Positions 51,348-59,965 of a stretch of 59,965 bases of DNA are shown in pieces. The notes beneath the pieces were generated by a model, which did not search any database, was not told the origin of the DNA, and saw only the letters and a program-made list of their open reading frames with translations. Position 1 is the stretch's first letter. Every line of letters begins with the position of its first letter. The position numbers and the translations under genes are program-made. The DNA is from Planctomycetota bacterium (GTDB lineage: Bacteria > Planctomycetota > UBA8108 > UBA1146): positions 1 through 59,965 of the forward strand of contig JAYZBV010000053.1 in assembly GCA_036338595.1 (NCBI GenBank), read 5' to 3'.

Positions 51348-52262
51348 ATGCGCATCGGAATCATCACATCGGATCCCCAGCTGGAATCGTGCCGCCAACT
51401 CGCCGAAGAGGCCACTTCACGTGGCCATGAGTGGGTTCCTCTCGAGCTGCTGAGACTGTCGGTTCGAAGTTCTGCCCCGTATCTGATCATTGGGGGCGTC
51501 GAGGTGGCTCCGCTCGATGCGGCCATCGTCCGGCTCGGTGCGATGTTACCGGGATTGGTTTCGGCTTCAGGTAGAGCGCTCGAGCAGCAGGGTGCCGCAC
51601 TTCTCGATGGTGTCGATGCGCTGCTGGCAGCCAATGACAAGATGGCCACCCTGCAAAGACTGTCTGCAGCGGGCATCGCGGTGCCAGAGACGGAACTGGT
51701 GCGCGATCTCGACCAGCTCGAGGCAGCGGTGGATCGAGTCGGGGGTGTACCCGTTGTCCTCAAACCTCTGCACGGATCTCAAGGTCGTGGGGTGATCCTG
51801 GCCGAGCGAAAATCGACGGCAATTTCGATGATGCAGAGTGTGTTGTTTCAATCGCGTGAGTTCATCTTGCAGCGGTACATCGAATGTGGTGGTCAGGATA
51901 CCAGGGTGGTGATCATTGATGGCGAGGTGGTTGCAGCGATGCAGCGAAACGCCCCGGAAGGCGACTTTCGTTCGAACCTGCACAGGGGCGGAAGCGCAAG
52001 ATCCATCGAACCTTCCGATGATATGAAGTCGCTGGCTCTGGAGGCGGCACACCATGTCGGGCTACGATGTGCGGGGGTGGACATCGTGGACAGCGGCGAC
52101 CAGTTGCAGGTGCTGGAAGTGAACGGTTCTCCTGGGCTGGAGGGGATCTCCAGCGTCACCGGAGTGAATGTCGCTGGCCGCTGGATCGATGCGCTGGAAT
52201 CGGTGGTGCGAGAGCGATCTGCTTCCGGAAGGCCCGATGGGAGGGCTCGTGAACAAGTCTGA
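51348..52262 (+). CDS. RimK-family ATP-grasp ligase
   Basis: NDK, KPLHGSQGRGV, FRSNLHRGG, GVDI, LEVNGSPG. Confidence 0.9.
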   Translation: MRIGIITSDPQLESCRQLAEEATSRGHEWVPLELLRLSVRSSAPYLIIGGVEVAPLDAAIVRLGAMLPGLVSASGRALEQQGAALLDGVDALLAANDKMATLQRLSAAGIAVPETELVRDLDQLEAAVDRVGGVPVVLKPLHGSQGRGVILAERKSTAISMMQSVLFQSREFILQRYIECGGQDTRVVIIDGEVVAAMQRNAPEGDFRSNLHRGGSARSIEPSDDMKSLALEAAHHVGLRCAGVDIVDSGDQLQVLEVNGSPGLEGISSVTGVNVAGRWIDALESVVRERSASGRPDGRAREQV

Positions 52263-53991
52263 GATCAGCCAGGTTCTTTCCGAATGCGGTGAGATCCTCG
52301 AGATCTCCGGCGCAGATGGCTTCCGGGTTCGAGCCTTCAACAACGGAGCCCGAGCGCTCGATTCCTGGCAGGGTGACCTCGAATCCCTGGTGGGGCAGGG
52401 CGAACTGACCTCGATTCGTGGTATCGGCAAGGGACTCGCCTCCATCATCGAGGATCTGGTCGCATCCGGCGTCAGCGATGAAGAGGCGCAGATCCGTGCG
52501 CTGGTTCCCGAATCGTTGCTGGAACTGTTGCGCATCCCGGGACTCGGTCCCAAGAAGGTACGTTCCCTGCACGATCACCTCGGGATCCTGACCATCGCAG
52601 AACTGGAAACGGCATGCATCGAGCAGAAGATACGCGAACTGGCAGGATTCGCCGAGCGCACCGAGCACGCCATCATGAAGGGCATCAAGAACCTGCGCCG
52701 ATTTGCCGGACGAAACCTGACTGCGAAGGCAATCCACGTCTCGGACCGGTTCCTGGCAGCGGTGAAAAACTCGAAGGCGGTCGATGAAGCGCAGATCGCC
52801 GGTAGTCTTCGCCGCAGTCGCGAGACGATCGGCGACATCGACATCCTTGCCTCTACCGACGATCCAGAGACCTTGCGCCAGGCGTTTCTTGCCACAACGG
52901 GGATCCGTGAGGTGGAGTCGGAGGGAGAAACAAAGACGAGGGTGCTCTCCGAGGAGGGGATCGGAGTCGACCTGAGAATCGTCACTCCCGAGCAATTTGC
53001 CACCGCGCTGCATCACTTCACCGGCAGTCGAGAGCACAACACCCACCTGCGCCAGCGCGCCCGCGAGCGCAGCTGGAAGCTCAATGAATACGGGCTCTGG
53101 GATGCAGCAGATAACGCCCTCGAGACCCCCGACGAGGAGTCGATCTTCGAACACCTCGAACTGGCGTGGATCCCGCCCGAGATGCGCGAGGATCTGGGCG
53201 AGGTAGAGCGAGCCGATCAGTTGTTCCAGCAGCAGGAGGAGTGGCCCGAACTGGTCGAGTTCGAGCAGATTCGCGGCACACTGCACTGCCACTCGACCTG
53301 GTCGGATGGCAAGGCTTCGCTGCGCGAGATGGTGCAGTCAGCAGCGGATCGTGGCTGGAAATACTACGGCACCGCCGATCACTCGCGCACGGCATCCTAT
53401 GCGGGAGGGCTCTCCATCGATCAGTTGCGCCAGCAGCGAGCCGAGATCGAACAACTGCGGCAAGAGTTCCCAGACCTGATCATCCTTCACGGCATCGAGA
53501 GCGACATCCTCGCCGATGGGTCGCTCGATTACCCCGACGATGTGCTCGCCGAACTCGACTATGTCGTCGCCAGCGTTCATTCCAACTTCTCGCTGGCCAA
53601 GCAGCAGCAGACCGACCGCATAGAGAAGGCGCTGCGCAACCCGTACACGACGGTGTGGGGCCACCCAACGGGACGACTACTACTACAGCGAGATGCTTAC
53701 GAGATGGACATGGCACACCTGCTGGAAGTGGCTGCCAGGGAGCAGGTGATCGTCGAGTTGAACGCCAATCCGCACAGGCTCGATATCGACTGGCGCTGGG
53801 GGGGTCGTGTGCAGGAGCTGGGGATCGACATCGGCATCCACCCGGATGCACACTCGGTTGCTGGCCTCGACGACATAGAGCATGGTGTCGGAATCGCGCG
53901 TAAGATGGGGCTGACGGCGAGCCAGGTCACCAATACCTGGGAACCCGAGCAGTACGTCCAGCGGCTGGCGGTACATCGCCAGAAGGCATAG
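52249..53991 (+). CDS. polX: DNA polymerase X / PHP 3'-5' exonuclease
   Basis: GLGPKK, AGSLRR, GDIDIL, FTGSREHN, LNEYG, HCHSTWSDG, DHS, HPTGR, DAHS. Confidence 0.95.
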   Translation: MNKSEISQVLSECGEILEISGADGFRVRAFNNGARALDSWQGDLESLVGQGELTSIRGIGKGLASIIEDLVASGVSDEEAQIRALVPESLLELLRIPGLGPKKVRSLHDHLGILTIAELETACIEQKIRELAGFAERTEHAIMKGIKNLRRFAGRNLTAKAIHVSDRFLAAVKNSKAVDEAQIAGSLRRSRETIGDIDILASTDDPETLRQAFLATTGIREVESEGETKTRVLSEEGIGVDLRIVTPEQFATALHHFTGSREHNTHLRQRARERSWKLNEYGLWDAADNALETPDEESIFEHLELAWIPPEMREDLGEVERADQLFQQQEEWPELVEFEQIRGTLHCHSTWSDGKASLREMVQSAADRGWKYYGTADHSRTASYAGGLSIDQLRQQRAEIEQLRQEFPDLIILHGIESDILADGSLDYPDDVLAELDYVVASVHSNFSLAKQQQTDRIEKALRNPYTTVWGHPTGRLLLQRDAYEMDMAHLLEVAAREQVIVELNANPHRLDIDWRWGGRVQELGIDIGIHPDAHSVAGLDDIEHGVGIARKMGLTASQVTNTWEPEQYVQRLAVHRQKA

Positions 53992-54019
53992 CGAGGCACC
54001 TGGTTAGCGGGGGGAAGTA

Positions 54020-54496
54020 ATGAGTGAGCGACAGAAAAAGACGCCATCAGAGAGTGCCGTCGAGATGCGAGAACTGGTGTTGCCCAACGACACCAACAGC
54101 CATGGCAATGTGCTCGGTGGCAAGGTGCTGCACCTGATGGATCTGGCCTGTGCGATGGTGGCGATGCGCCACTGCCGGCGGCCCGTGGTCACCGCAGCGA
54201 TGGACAATGTAGAGTTTCTGGCGCCGATCCCCGGCGGCCACTTCATGATCCTCAAGGCGATGGTCAACCACACCGGCCGCACATCGATGGAGATCGGCGT
54301 GCGTGTCGAGGGTGAAGACCCGAGAACCGGAGACATCATCCACACATCGAGTGCCTACCTCACCTTTGTGGGCCTCGACGACCGTAAGAGACCCGCCGAG
54401 GTTCCCGAAGTGACCCCCGGTACCGATGACGAGAAGCGCCGCTACGAAGAAGCCGAGAAGAGGGTGGTTCACCGGCGAGAGAGTCGACGCGACTGA
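54020..54496 (+). CDS. Acyl-CoA thioesterase (YciA-like hotdog)
   Basis: LPNDTNSHGNVLGG, VVTA, GRTSMEIGV, AYLTFV. Confidence 0.92.
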   Translation: MSERQKKTPSESAVEMRELVLPNDTNSHGNVLGGKVLHLMDLACAMVAMRHCRRPVVTAAMDNVEFLAPIPGGHFMILKAMVNHTGRTSMEIGVRVEGEDPRTGDIIHTSSAYLTFVGLDDRKRPAEVPEVTPGTDDEKRRYEEAEKRVVHRRESRRD

Positions 54497-54771
54497 TCGG
54501 CAAGAGCGGCACAGACCTCTCCATTTCAGTTCCAGTGTTGCTTCTGGATGGCTGCGATGGGGAGCTGGAAACGGGTACCCATCTCCGTGGATCCACCGAA
54601 CACCGATATGGCTCGGGAGGTCCTCCAGATCCCGACCACTGGACGGGTCTGCCCCGTCCGGAAATGATCCGTTCCGATCCTGCCGGCGCCAGATGTGGCA
54701 GTGCTCATCGATGTTCAATCTGTTAGTGAATGACAACTGTTCTGCTATCGAGAAGTCGAGGAAGGAGGCTC

Positions 54772-54823
54772 CTTGACCCCACTGTCAAGAGAGTCCTGAG
54801 TTGTAGTATTGTCAGGAATGACA
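54772..54823. promoter_or_regulatory. Two palindromes upstream of the multicopper oxidase (possible operators)
   Basis: CTTGAC-N6-GTCAAG (54772-54789) and TGTCA-GGAA-TGACA (54810-54823) in an AT-richer intergenic region. Confidence 0.3.
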
Positions 54824-55141
54824 GTTTACTGGGAAATTCTTGAAGTCCAGTATTCGTGTGCTCCTGCACGAATGAGTGTGAATTATTGGATTTTGGAACT
54901 TACCTGACTTTGCATGAAGATCTGTCTGACCTTCATTTGTGGCATACGGTCAATCGTGTCATTGCTGTACATAGGTGATCTAATGAGTATTGTTCAATCT
55001 TGATCTTGGGGTCAGAAGCACTGATTCATGAGGCTCTTGTTAGGGGTGCAGGAGTAGAGAACCACTCTTATCGGGTGCGAAGACCGGGTTGCCAATATTA
55101 CTGGTGTGTTTGTTTTTATTGTTTTTCGAGGAGGAGGAGTT

Positions 55142-58100
55142 ATGGAACTTCGATTTCAATGGTCCCATCTATTCATGACCATTGCCGCCCTGTGTGTTGT
55201 CACTTCAATGGTCGTGGGAGATCCACCAGAGTCTGACCCATCTCACTATGGTCCGCTGATCATCGGGGACTTGCCCGAAGGCCTGGAACATACCAATCAT
55301 GGCGCCTTCGATGGTAGTTCAGTGGCAGCAGTGTATGCCAACAATGTGCTCCAGCCGGATGACCTTCAAGGCGGTGGCTTTGATATCCCAACGGGTGGAA
55401 TGCCTAGCCCGCTCTTTGGAGCACAGGAGTTCGATCAGAAGTTACTCCGTTTCGAGGAGTTTGGTTCTTCTCCCCTGGTGGATACTCCCCAGTTCGCCCT
55501 CGACGAGGCCGGGAATGTGGTTTTCGAGATGGATGCAGATGGGTTGCTGGTGCTGGATGCCGATGGACTTCCCATTCCTGTTCCTGCAACTTTCCTTCCG
55601 TTGCCAACCGGGATCGATGCTCAATCCTGTCCTGATGAACAGGCACTGGTTGATTTTATTGCTCAACCGATGAACCCGATGCCCACTCGAGCCTCCAATA
55701 CTCATGCCCAGAACCAGTGGAAAACACAAATCGAGAGCTTCATTGGACGCACATGCCCGGAGATGCCCTGTGAAGGAAGACCTCCCGGAGAAGGGTGGTC
55801 GCACCAGCGCTGGGATGAGTTTCCCCCCAAGCAATTCTTCCAGACATCGATGACCGGAGCGCGTAATAACGGTGGAACTCGAGATGCTCTTCAGGGGCAT
55901 GGCTATGGCTATGGTGAGATGGAAGATGAATTAGGAAATGCCCTCCCGGCGCTCGACGGCCTCGGGAATGTGATCTACCAGACAGACGACTTTGGCGAGG
56001 TCGTTTACGAGACGGATGAGGATGGCAATTACCTTTGTGAGACCGATGAATTCGGAAACCACTTGTACGAGCTCAATGCTCTCGGGGAGCCGATATTTGA
56101 AGTGGACCAGGATGGTCTGCTGGTTCTCGATGCAGACGGCTTACCGATTCCCGTTCCTGTCCTGATTCCGGTACCGGAACTGGCCACCAATGGCAGTGAA
56201 TTCGGACCCGATGGACTGTACTACAACACTACTGGATTGCTCGGTTTTGATGGCCAGGCGGTTGGTACCGAGTGTCGATTCCACCCTGCATTACCCGCGC
56301 AAGTTGAATCCGCACTCTGGACATTTGACGGCACCTTTCCTCCGAAGCTATTGAAAGCCCGTTACGGAGAGCCTGTGGTGATGAGAATCCACAATGCGCT
56401 TCCGATCGATCCGGCCGCAAATCGTGGATTTGGGCTTCACACCATCTCCATTCATGAGCACAACGGCCACAATCCTGCAGAGAGCGATGGCTATATGAAT
56501 GCCTTCTTCTTTCCGGGCCAGTTCTACGATTACCGCTGGCCGATGGTGGTTGCCGGCCACGACACCATCAATACCGAAGCGACGGATCCACGATGCGGTT
56601 CTCCCGATGGCAACGGTGGAATCAACATGATTCCTGGCGACTACCGGGAAATCATGAGCACCCACTGGTTCCACGATCACATGATAGATTACACGGCTCA
56701 AAACGTTTACAAGGGCAACGCTGCGATGATGAACTATTACAGTTCACTCGATCGTGGCAATGAAGGCCTGATTGATGAAGTGAATCTCAGGTTCCCCAGT
56801 GGCACAGCATTGGACTGGGGAAACCGCGACTACGATGTGAACCTGGTACTCGCCGACAAGGCATGGGACGATGAAGGCCAGCTCTGGTTCAACCCATTCA
56901 ACGTCGATGGCTTCATGGGCGACAGGATTCTCACCAACTGGCAGTACAAGCCATACATGGATGTCCGAGCCAGAAAGTATCGCTTCAGAATTCTGAATGG
57001 ATCCGTCTCGCGTTACATGAAGATCGCTCTGGTCAAGCAGGACGGAACACCAGTTCCTTTCCACATGATCTGTAATGATGGAAACGTCATGGAGCACGCC
57101 GTGGCCTTCGACGGCACGCTTGGAACTGAAGTGGGGATCCTGCCCACCCAGTCGATTGCAGAGCGTTATGACATCGTCATTGATTTCAGCAATTTCGTTG
57201 AAGGAGATGTGCTTCACTTCGTGAACGTGCTCGAACACAAGGGAGGAAGAAGGCCAGAGCAGGCGATTCCTCTCGAGGATGTCATCTCAGGAGCCTATCA
57301 AGCGATCGATGATGGCGATCGGTGGATCGACGGAGATCCTTGTGTCGGTAAGTTCCTTGAGTTCCGCGTAAAGAGCTATGATGGCGAAGACCTGAGTATG
57401 AATCCCCAGGACTATGTCGTTGGTGGCAAGAAGATGATCCCACTGAGGCAGCCGACTCAGGAGGAGATTGACAATGCGATCCACCGTACCTTCACATTCG
57501 GAAGAAGTTCAGGTACCGATGGTGCCCCGTGGACAGTCAAGACCGATGGTGGAGCAGGGCTGACGGCAGATGCACGGCGATTGAGTGCCGCTGCAAGCCA
57601 GGGCCAACTCGAAATCTGGCACATCGAAAATGGTGGAAATGGCTGGAGCCATCCAGTTCACATTCACTTCGAAGAAGGCATCATTCTCAGCCGGGGTGGA
57701 GAAGCACCGCCCGAGTGGGAACGCTGGGCCAGGAAAGATGTTTACCGAATTGGCCGCATGCCTGATAGCACAAGTAGCGTGGAGATCGCACTACGATTCC
57801 GTGAGTTCGCAGGCAGCTACATGGAACATTGCCATAACACGCAGCATGAGGACCACGCGATGCTACTCAGGTGGGACATCGAACATCCAGGTCAGGTGTT
57901 ACTGATGCCCACTCCATTGCCCACCTACGAGGGTGTGGAGTACGTCGACACGGTAGCACTTTCCACTTTCCGGACTGGAGATGGATTCGGCCCACAGGTA
58001 CTCGGATTCACCGGCGTCGGTGCTGAGAATCTCGGCTCTGGTAACGACTCGGGAGACATCAGCGGTCATGGGCCCGGTGTCGGTGTCGGAGGCGGTCCAT

Positions 58101-58297
58101 CTCCCATCGATGACGATGACGACGATGATGACGATGACAATGATGACGATGACAACGATGATGACGATGACAATGATGACGACGACGACGACGATGACGA
58201 CGACGACGACGACGACGATGACGACGACGACGACGACGATGACGATGACGATGACGATGACGACGACGACGACGATGAGGAAGACGATGACAACTAA
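55142..58297 (+). CDS. Large secreted multicopper oxidase, McoA-like (candidate Mn(II) oxidase), with acidic insertions and poly-Asp tail
   Basis: All four Cu motifs: IHEHNGH, HWFHDH, HPVHIHF, HCHNTQHEDHAM. Strong RBS GAGGAGGAG and a signal peptide. Confidence 0.9.
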   Translation: MELRFQWSHLFMTIAALCVVTSMVVGDPPESDPSHYGPLIIGDLPEGLEHTNHGAFDGSSVAAVYANNVLQPDDLQGGGFDIPTGGMPSPLFGAQEFDQKLLRFEEFGSSPLVDTPQFALDEAGNVVFEMDADGLLVLDADGLPIPVPATFLPLPTGIDAQSCPDEQALVDFIAQPMNPMPTRASNTHAQNQWKTQIESFIGRTCPEMPCEGRPPGEGWSHQRWDEFPPKQFFQTSMTGARNNGGTRDALQGHGYGYGEMEDELGNALPALDGLGNVIYQTDDFGEVVYETDEDGNYLCETDEFGNHLYELNALGEPIFEVDQDGLLVLDADGLPIPVPVLIPVPELATNGSEFGPDGLYYNTTGLLGFDGQAVGTECRFHPALPAQVESALWTFDGTFPPKLLKARYGEPVVMRIHNALPIDPAANRGFGLHTISIHEHNGHNPAESDGYMNAFFFPGQFYDYRWPMVVAGHDTINTEATDPRCGSPDGNGGINMIPGDYREIMSTHWFHDHMIDYTAQNVYKGNAAMMNYYSSLDRGNEGLIDEVNLRFPSGTALDWGNRDYDVNLVLADKAWDDEGQLWFNPFNVDGFMGDRILTNWQYKPYMDVRARKYRFRILNGSVSRYMKIALVKQDGTPVPFHMICNDGNVMEHAVAFDGTLGTEVGILPTQSIAERYDIVIDFSNFVEGDVLHFVNVLEHKGGRRPEQAIPLEDVISGAYQAIDDGDRWIDGDPCVGKFLEFRVKSYDGEDLSMNPQDYVVGGKKMIPLRQPTQEEIDNAIHRTFTFGRSSGTDGAPWTVKTDGGAGLTADARRLSAAASQGQLEIWHIENGGNGWSHPVHIHFEEGIILSRGGEAPPEWERWARKDVYRIGRMPDSTSSVEIALRFREFAGSYMEHCHNTQHEDHAMLLRWDIEHPGQVLLMPTPLPTYEGVEYVDTVALSTFRTGDGFGPQVLGFTGVGAENLGSGNDSGDISGHGPGVGVGGGPSPIDDDDDDDDDDNDDDDNDDDDDNDDDDDDDDDDDDDDDDDDDDDDDDDDDDDDDDDDEEDDDN
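58109..58294 (+). repeat. (GAC/GAT)n trinucleotide repeat encoding a poly-Asp tail
   Basis: 62 codons: about 56 Asp, 4 Asn, 2 Glu. Confidence 0.95.
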
Positions 58298-59561
58298 AAC
58301 TAAGGAAAATTACCAAACTCAAGGGGGCCTCAACGCCCTGTTGCTCGGCTTTATGGCCTTATTTGTGCTCTTTGCAGCCCCGGCGGTTTTCGCGCAAGTA
58401 GACCCATCGAGTGATCCCCGGCTTGGCGGGAACCGATGGGGATCTCAGTACTTTCCAAATGTGGAGTTGAAAACTCATACGGGCGAGACGGTGAGATTCT
58501 TTGACGATCTCATCAAGGACAAGGTCGTGGTGATCAACTTCATCTACACCGAGTGCCCGGATGCTTGCCCACTGGAGACGGCACGGCTGACAGAGGTATA
58601 TGAGATTCTTGGAAATCGAGTGGGAGACGATGTGTTCTTCTATTCGATCAGCATCGACCCGGAGACAGATACTCCAGAGGTTCTTGCAGACTATGCAAAT
58701 CGCTATCAAACCGGTCCAGGTTGGTTATTCCTGACCGGTGTGAGCGAAGAGATTGAACTGCTACGTCGCAAACTCGGACTGTACATCGATGAGATCAATA
58801 AGGATCCCAAGGACCACAATCTGAGCATGATCATCGGGAATCAGAGATCCGGTCGTTGGATGAAAAGATCCCCTTTCGAGAACCCCTACATTCTCGCCAA
58901 TGAAATAGGGTCCTGGTTGCATGACTTCAAGAAGAAGAACGAGAACCAGAATCTCAACAGCTATGACGGAGAACTCCCCGAGCTTAGGACATTGACTCAG
59001 GGAGAGGCCCTATTTCGTGCACGATGTTCGGCCTGCCACAACATTGGTCAGGGTGATGGCTTGAAACGAACGGGCCCGAACCTGCTGGAAGTCACTGAAA
59101 GAAGGAAACCAGAGTGGCTCAGACGCTGGATCCAGCAACCCGATGTGATGATCCAGGAAGAGGATCCGATCGCCTTGTCGCTGTTCACAGCATACAAAAA
59201 GGTCCAGATGCCGAACCTGGAACTCAACGATCATGAAGTTTCTAGTGTGATCGAATTCTTGAAGGCGGAAAGCCGCAGAGCCTCAAAGATGGAGTCTGTA
59301 GAGGCATTGATGGCCCAGGTCGATGCAGAGATCCCTGAATGTTGTCAGAAGAACGAGGGTGCGGTTCTAGATAAAAGCATGGATACCGAAGACGTTGGCA
59401 CACCGGAGGAATCAATTGCATTGGTAGAACTTCCCCCTGTTTCTGATCGGCGAGACAGGGAAAAATCCGAGGCCATGAAAAAGTCGCGAAGGTCGATGCC
59501 ATTGGTCCTCGGCTGTGCTTTCGGCTTCATGGCGTTCGTAGCTCATCGGAAGAAATCCTGA
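58287..59561 (+). CDS. SCO/SenC protein fused to a cytochrome c domain, C-terminal membrane anchor
   Basis: FIYTECPDACP (CxxxC), SIDP, DHN His, CSACH heme motif, GPNL, QMP axial Met. Start at ATG 58287 after GAGGAAG. Confidence 0.92.
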   Translation: MTTKTKENYQTQGGLNALLLGFMALFVLFAAPAVFAQVDPSSDPRLGGNRWGSQYFPNVELKTHTGETVRFFDDLIKDKVVVINFIYTECPDACPLETARLTEVYEILGNRVGDDVFFYSISIDPETDTPEVLADYANRYQTGPGWLFLTGVSEEIELLRRKLGLYIDEINKDPKDHNLSMIIGNQRSGRWMKRSPFENPYILANEIGSWLHDFKKKNENQNLNSYDGELPELRTLTQGEALFRARCSACHNIGQGDGLKRTGPNLLEVTERRKPEWLRRWIQQPDVMIQEEDPIALSLFTAYKKVQMPNLELNDHEVSSVIEFLKAESRRASKMESVEALMAQVDAEIPECCQKNEGAVLDKSMDTEDVGTPEESIALVELPPVSDRRDREKSEAMKKSRRSMPLVLGCAFGFMAFVAHRKKS

Positions 59562-59604
59562 ACAGGATGGATTGAGCTTTTACTTGATATTCAGTTCGCT
59601 TGAG

Positions 59605-59642
59605 AAAGGGGGTCTGACCGCAGCGGCGGTCAGGCCCTTTTA
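59605..59642. terminator. Bidirectional intrinsic terminator
   Basis: GGGTCTGACCGC-AGCG-GCGGTCAGGCCC followed by TTTT and preceded by AAAG, between convergent genes. Confidence 0.8.
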
Positions 59643-59740
59643 TTAATTGGAAACAGAGCATCTTCCAGATCGAAAAATAATTGATGTTGCAGCGGAGAGC
59701 TCCATGCAAGGAATTGAGTTCGCTGATTGTAGAGATCTGC

Positions 59741-59965
59741 TCAGGGACAGGCGGTGAAACTGGCGCAGCCGAGCACCGGGGTCCCGGGGTCATTGCCACA
59801 ATCGGGGAAGGGCGCAGGAGGTGCAGGCCCCATACCATTGATGTAGTTGAGCAGGTACAGGGCATCGGCCAGATCGATCCCGAGATCGCCGTTGGCATCG
59901 GCAGCCTCCATGCACGGTGGGATCGTTCCCTGGTTGAACAGATAGGCGAGACTGAAGATCGGATC
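59741..59965 (-). CDS. C-terminal dockerin-like domain of a 5'-truncated secreted protein (not in ORF track)
   Basis: Translation DPIFSLAYLFNQGTIPPCMEAADANGDLGIDLADALYLLNYINGMGPAPPAPFPDCGNDPGTPVLGCASFTACP*, paralogous to the 32395 C-terminus. Confidence 0.85.
   Translation of the reverse strand, partial: DPIFSLAYLFNQGTIPPCMEAADANGDLGIDLADALYLLNYINGMGPAPPAPFPDCGNDPGTPVLGCASFTACP

Noticed and set aside
55040..55110. Possible yybP-ykoY Mn riboswitch before the oxidase (GGAGTAG...GCGAAGACC)
   Set aside because: Only fragmentary similarity; spacing is too short and the other conserved elements are missing. An Rfam scan would settle it.
54880..55110. Sigma-54 promoter for the oxidase
   Set aside because: No GG-N10-GC with correct spacing among the TGGCA/TTGC candidates checked.
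57981..58322. Poly-Met/Thr extension of the Sco ORF and antisense poly-Ser / Arg-His ORFs
   Set aside because: They are alternative-frame readings of the GAC/GAT repeat.

Overview
About 60 kb of a GC-rich bacterial chromosome, most likely Planctomycetota. That assignment is inferred from the planctomycete-type dockerin/cohesin-like surface proteins, the split System II cytochrome c biogenesis genes and the futalosine menaquinone gene. Most of the window is housekeeping: nfo, ccsA/ccsB, trxA, trxB, folE, mqnC, dcd, nrdJ, pyrF, ligA, a CCA enzyme, glmS, queD/queE, polX and others. The ORF track breaks or misses two genes that each have an in-frame TGA at a Cys-type position followed by a bacterial SECIS-like hairpin. 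One is a DsbD-type thioredoxin domain with a UxxC active site (<1..843). The other is an unannotated 111-aa double-CxxC zinc-ribbon protein (4801..5136, minus strand) in the same minus-strand gene run as ccsA/ccsB/trxA. Both are candidate selenoproteins. At the right end is a McoA-like multicopper oxidase plus Sco-cytochrome c fusion pair, a candidate Mn(II)-oxidation locus; the oxidase carries acidic repeat insertions and a ~62-residue poly-Asp tail. Also present are a ~1.1 kb hairpin-rich non-coding region between an NrdR box and nrdJ, a minor (pseudo)pilin trio and a Cys-rich secreted orphan. I saw no CRISPR array, rRNA, tRNA or mobile element. All calls come from motif recognition by eye, not from database searches.
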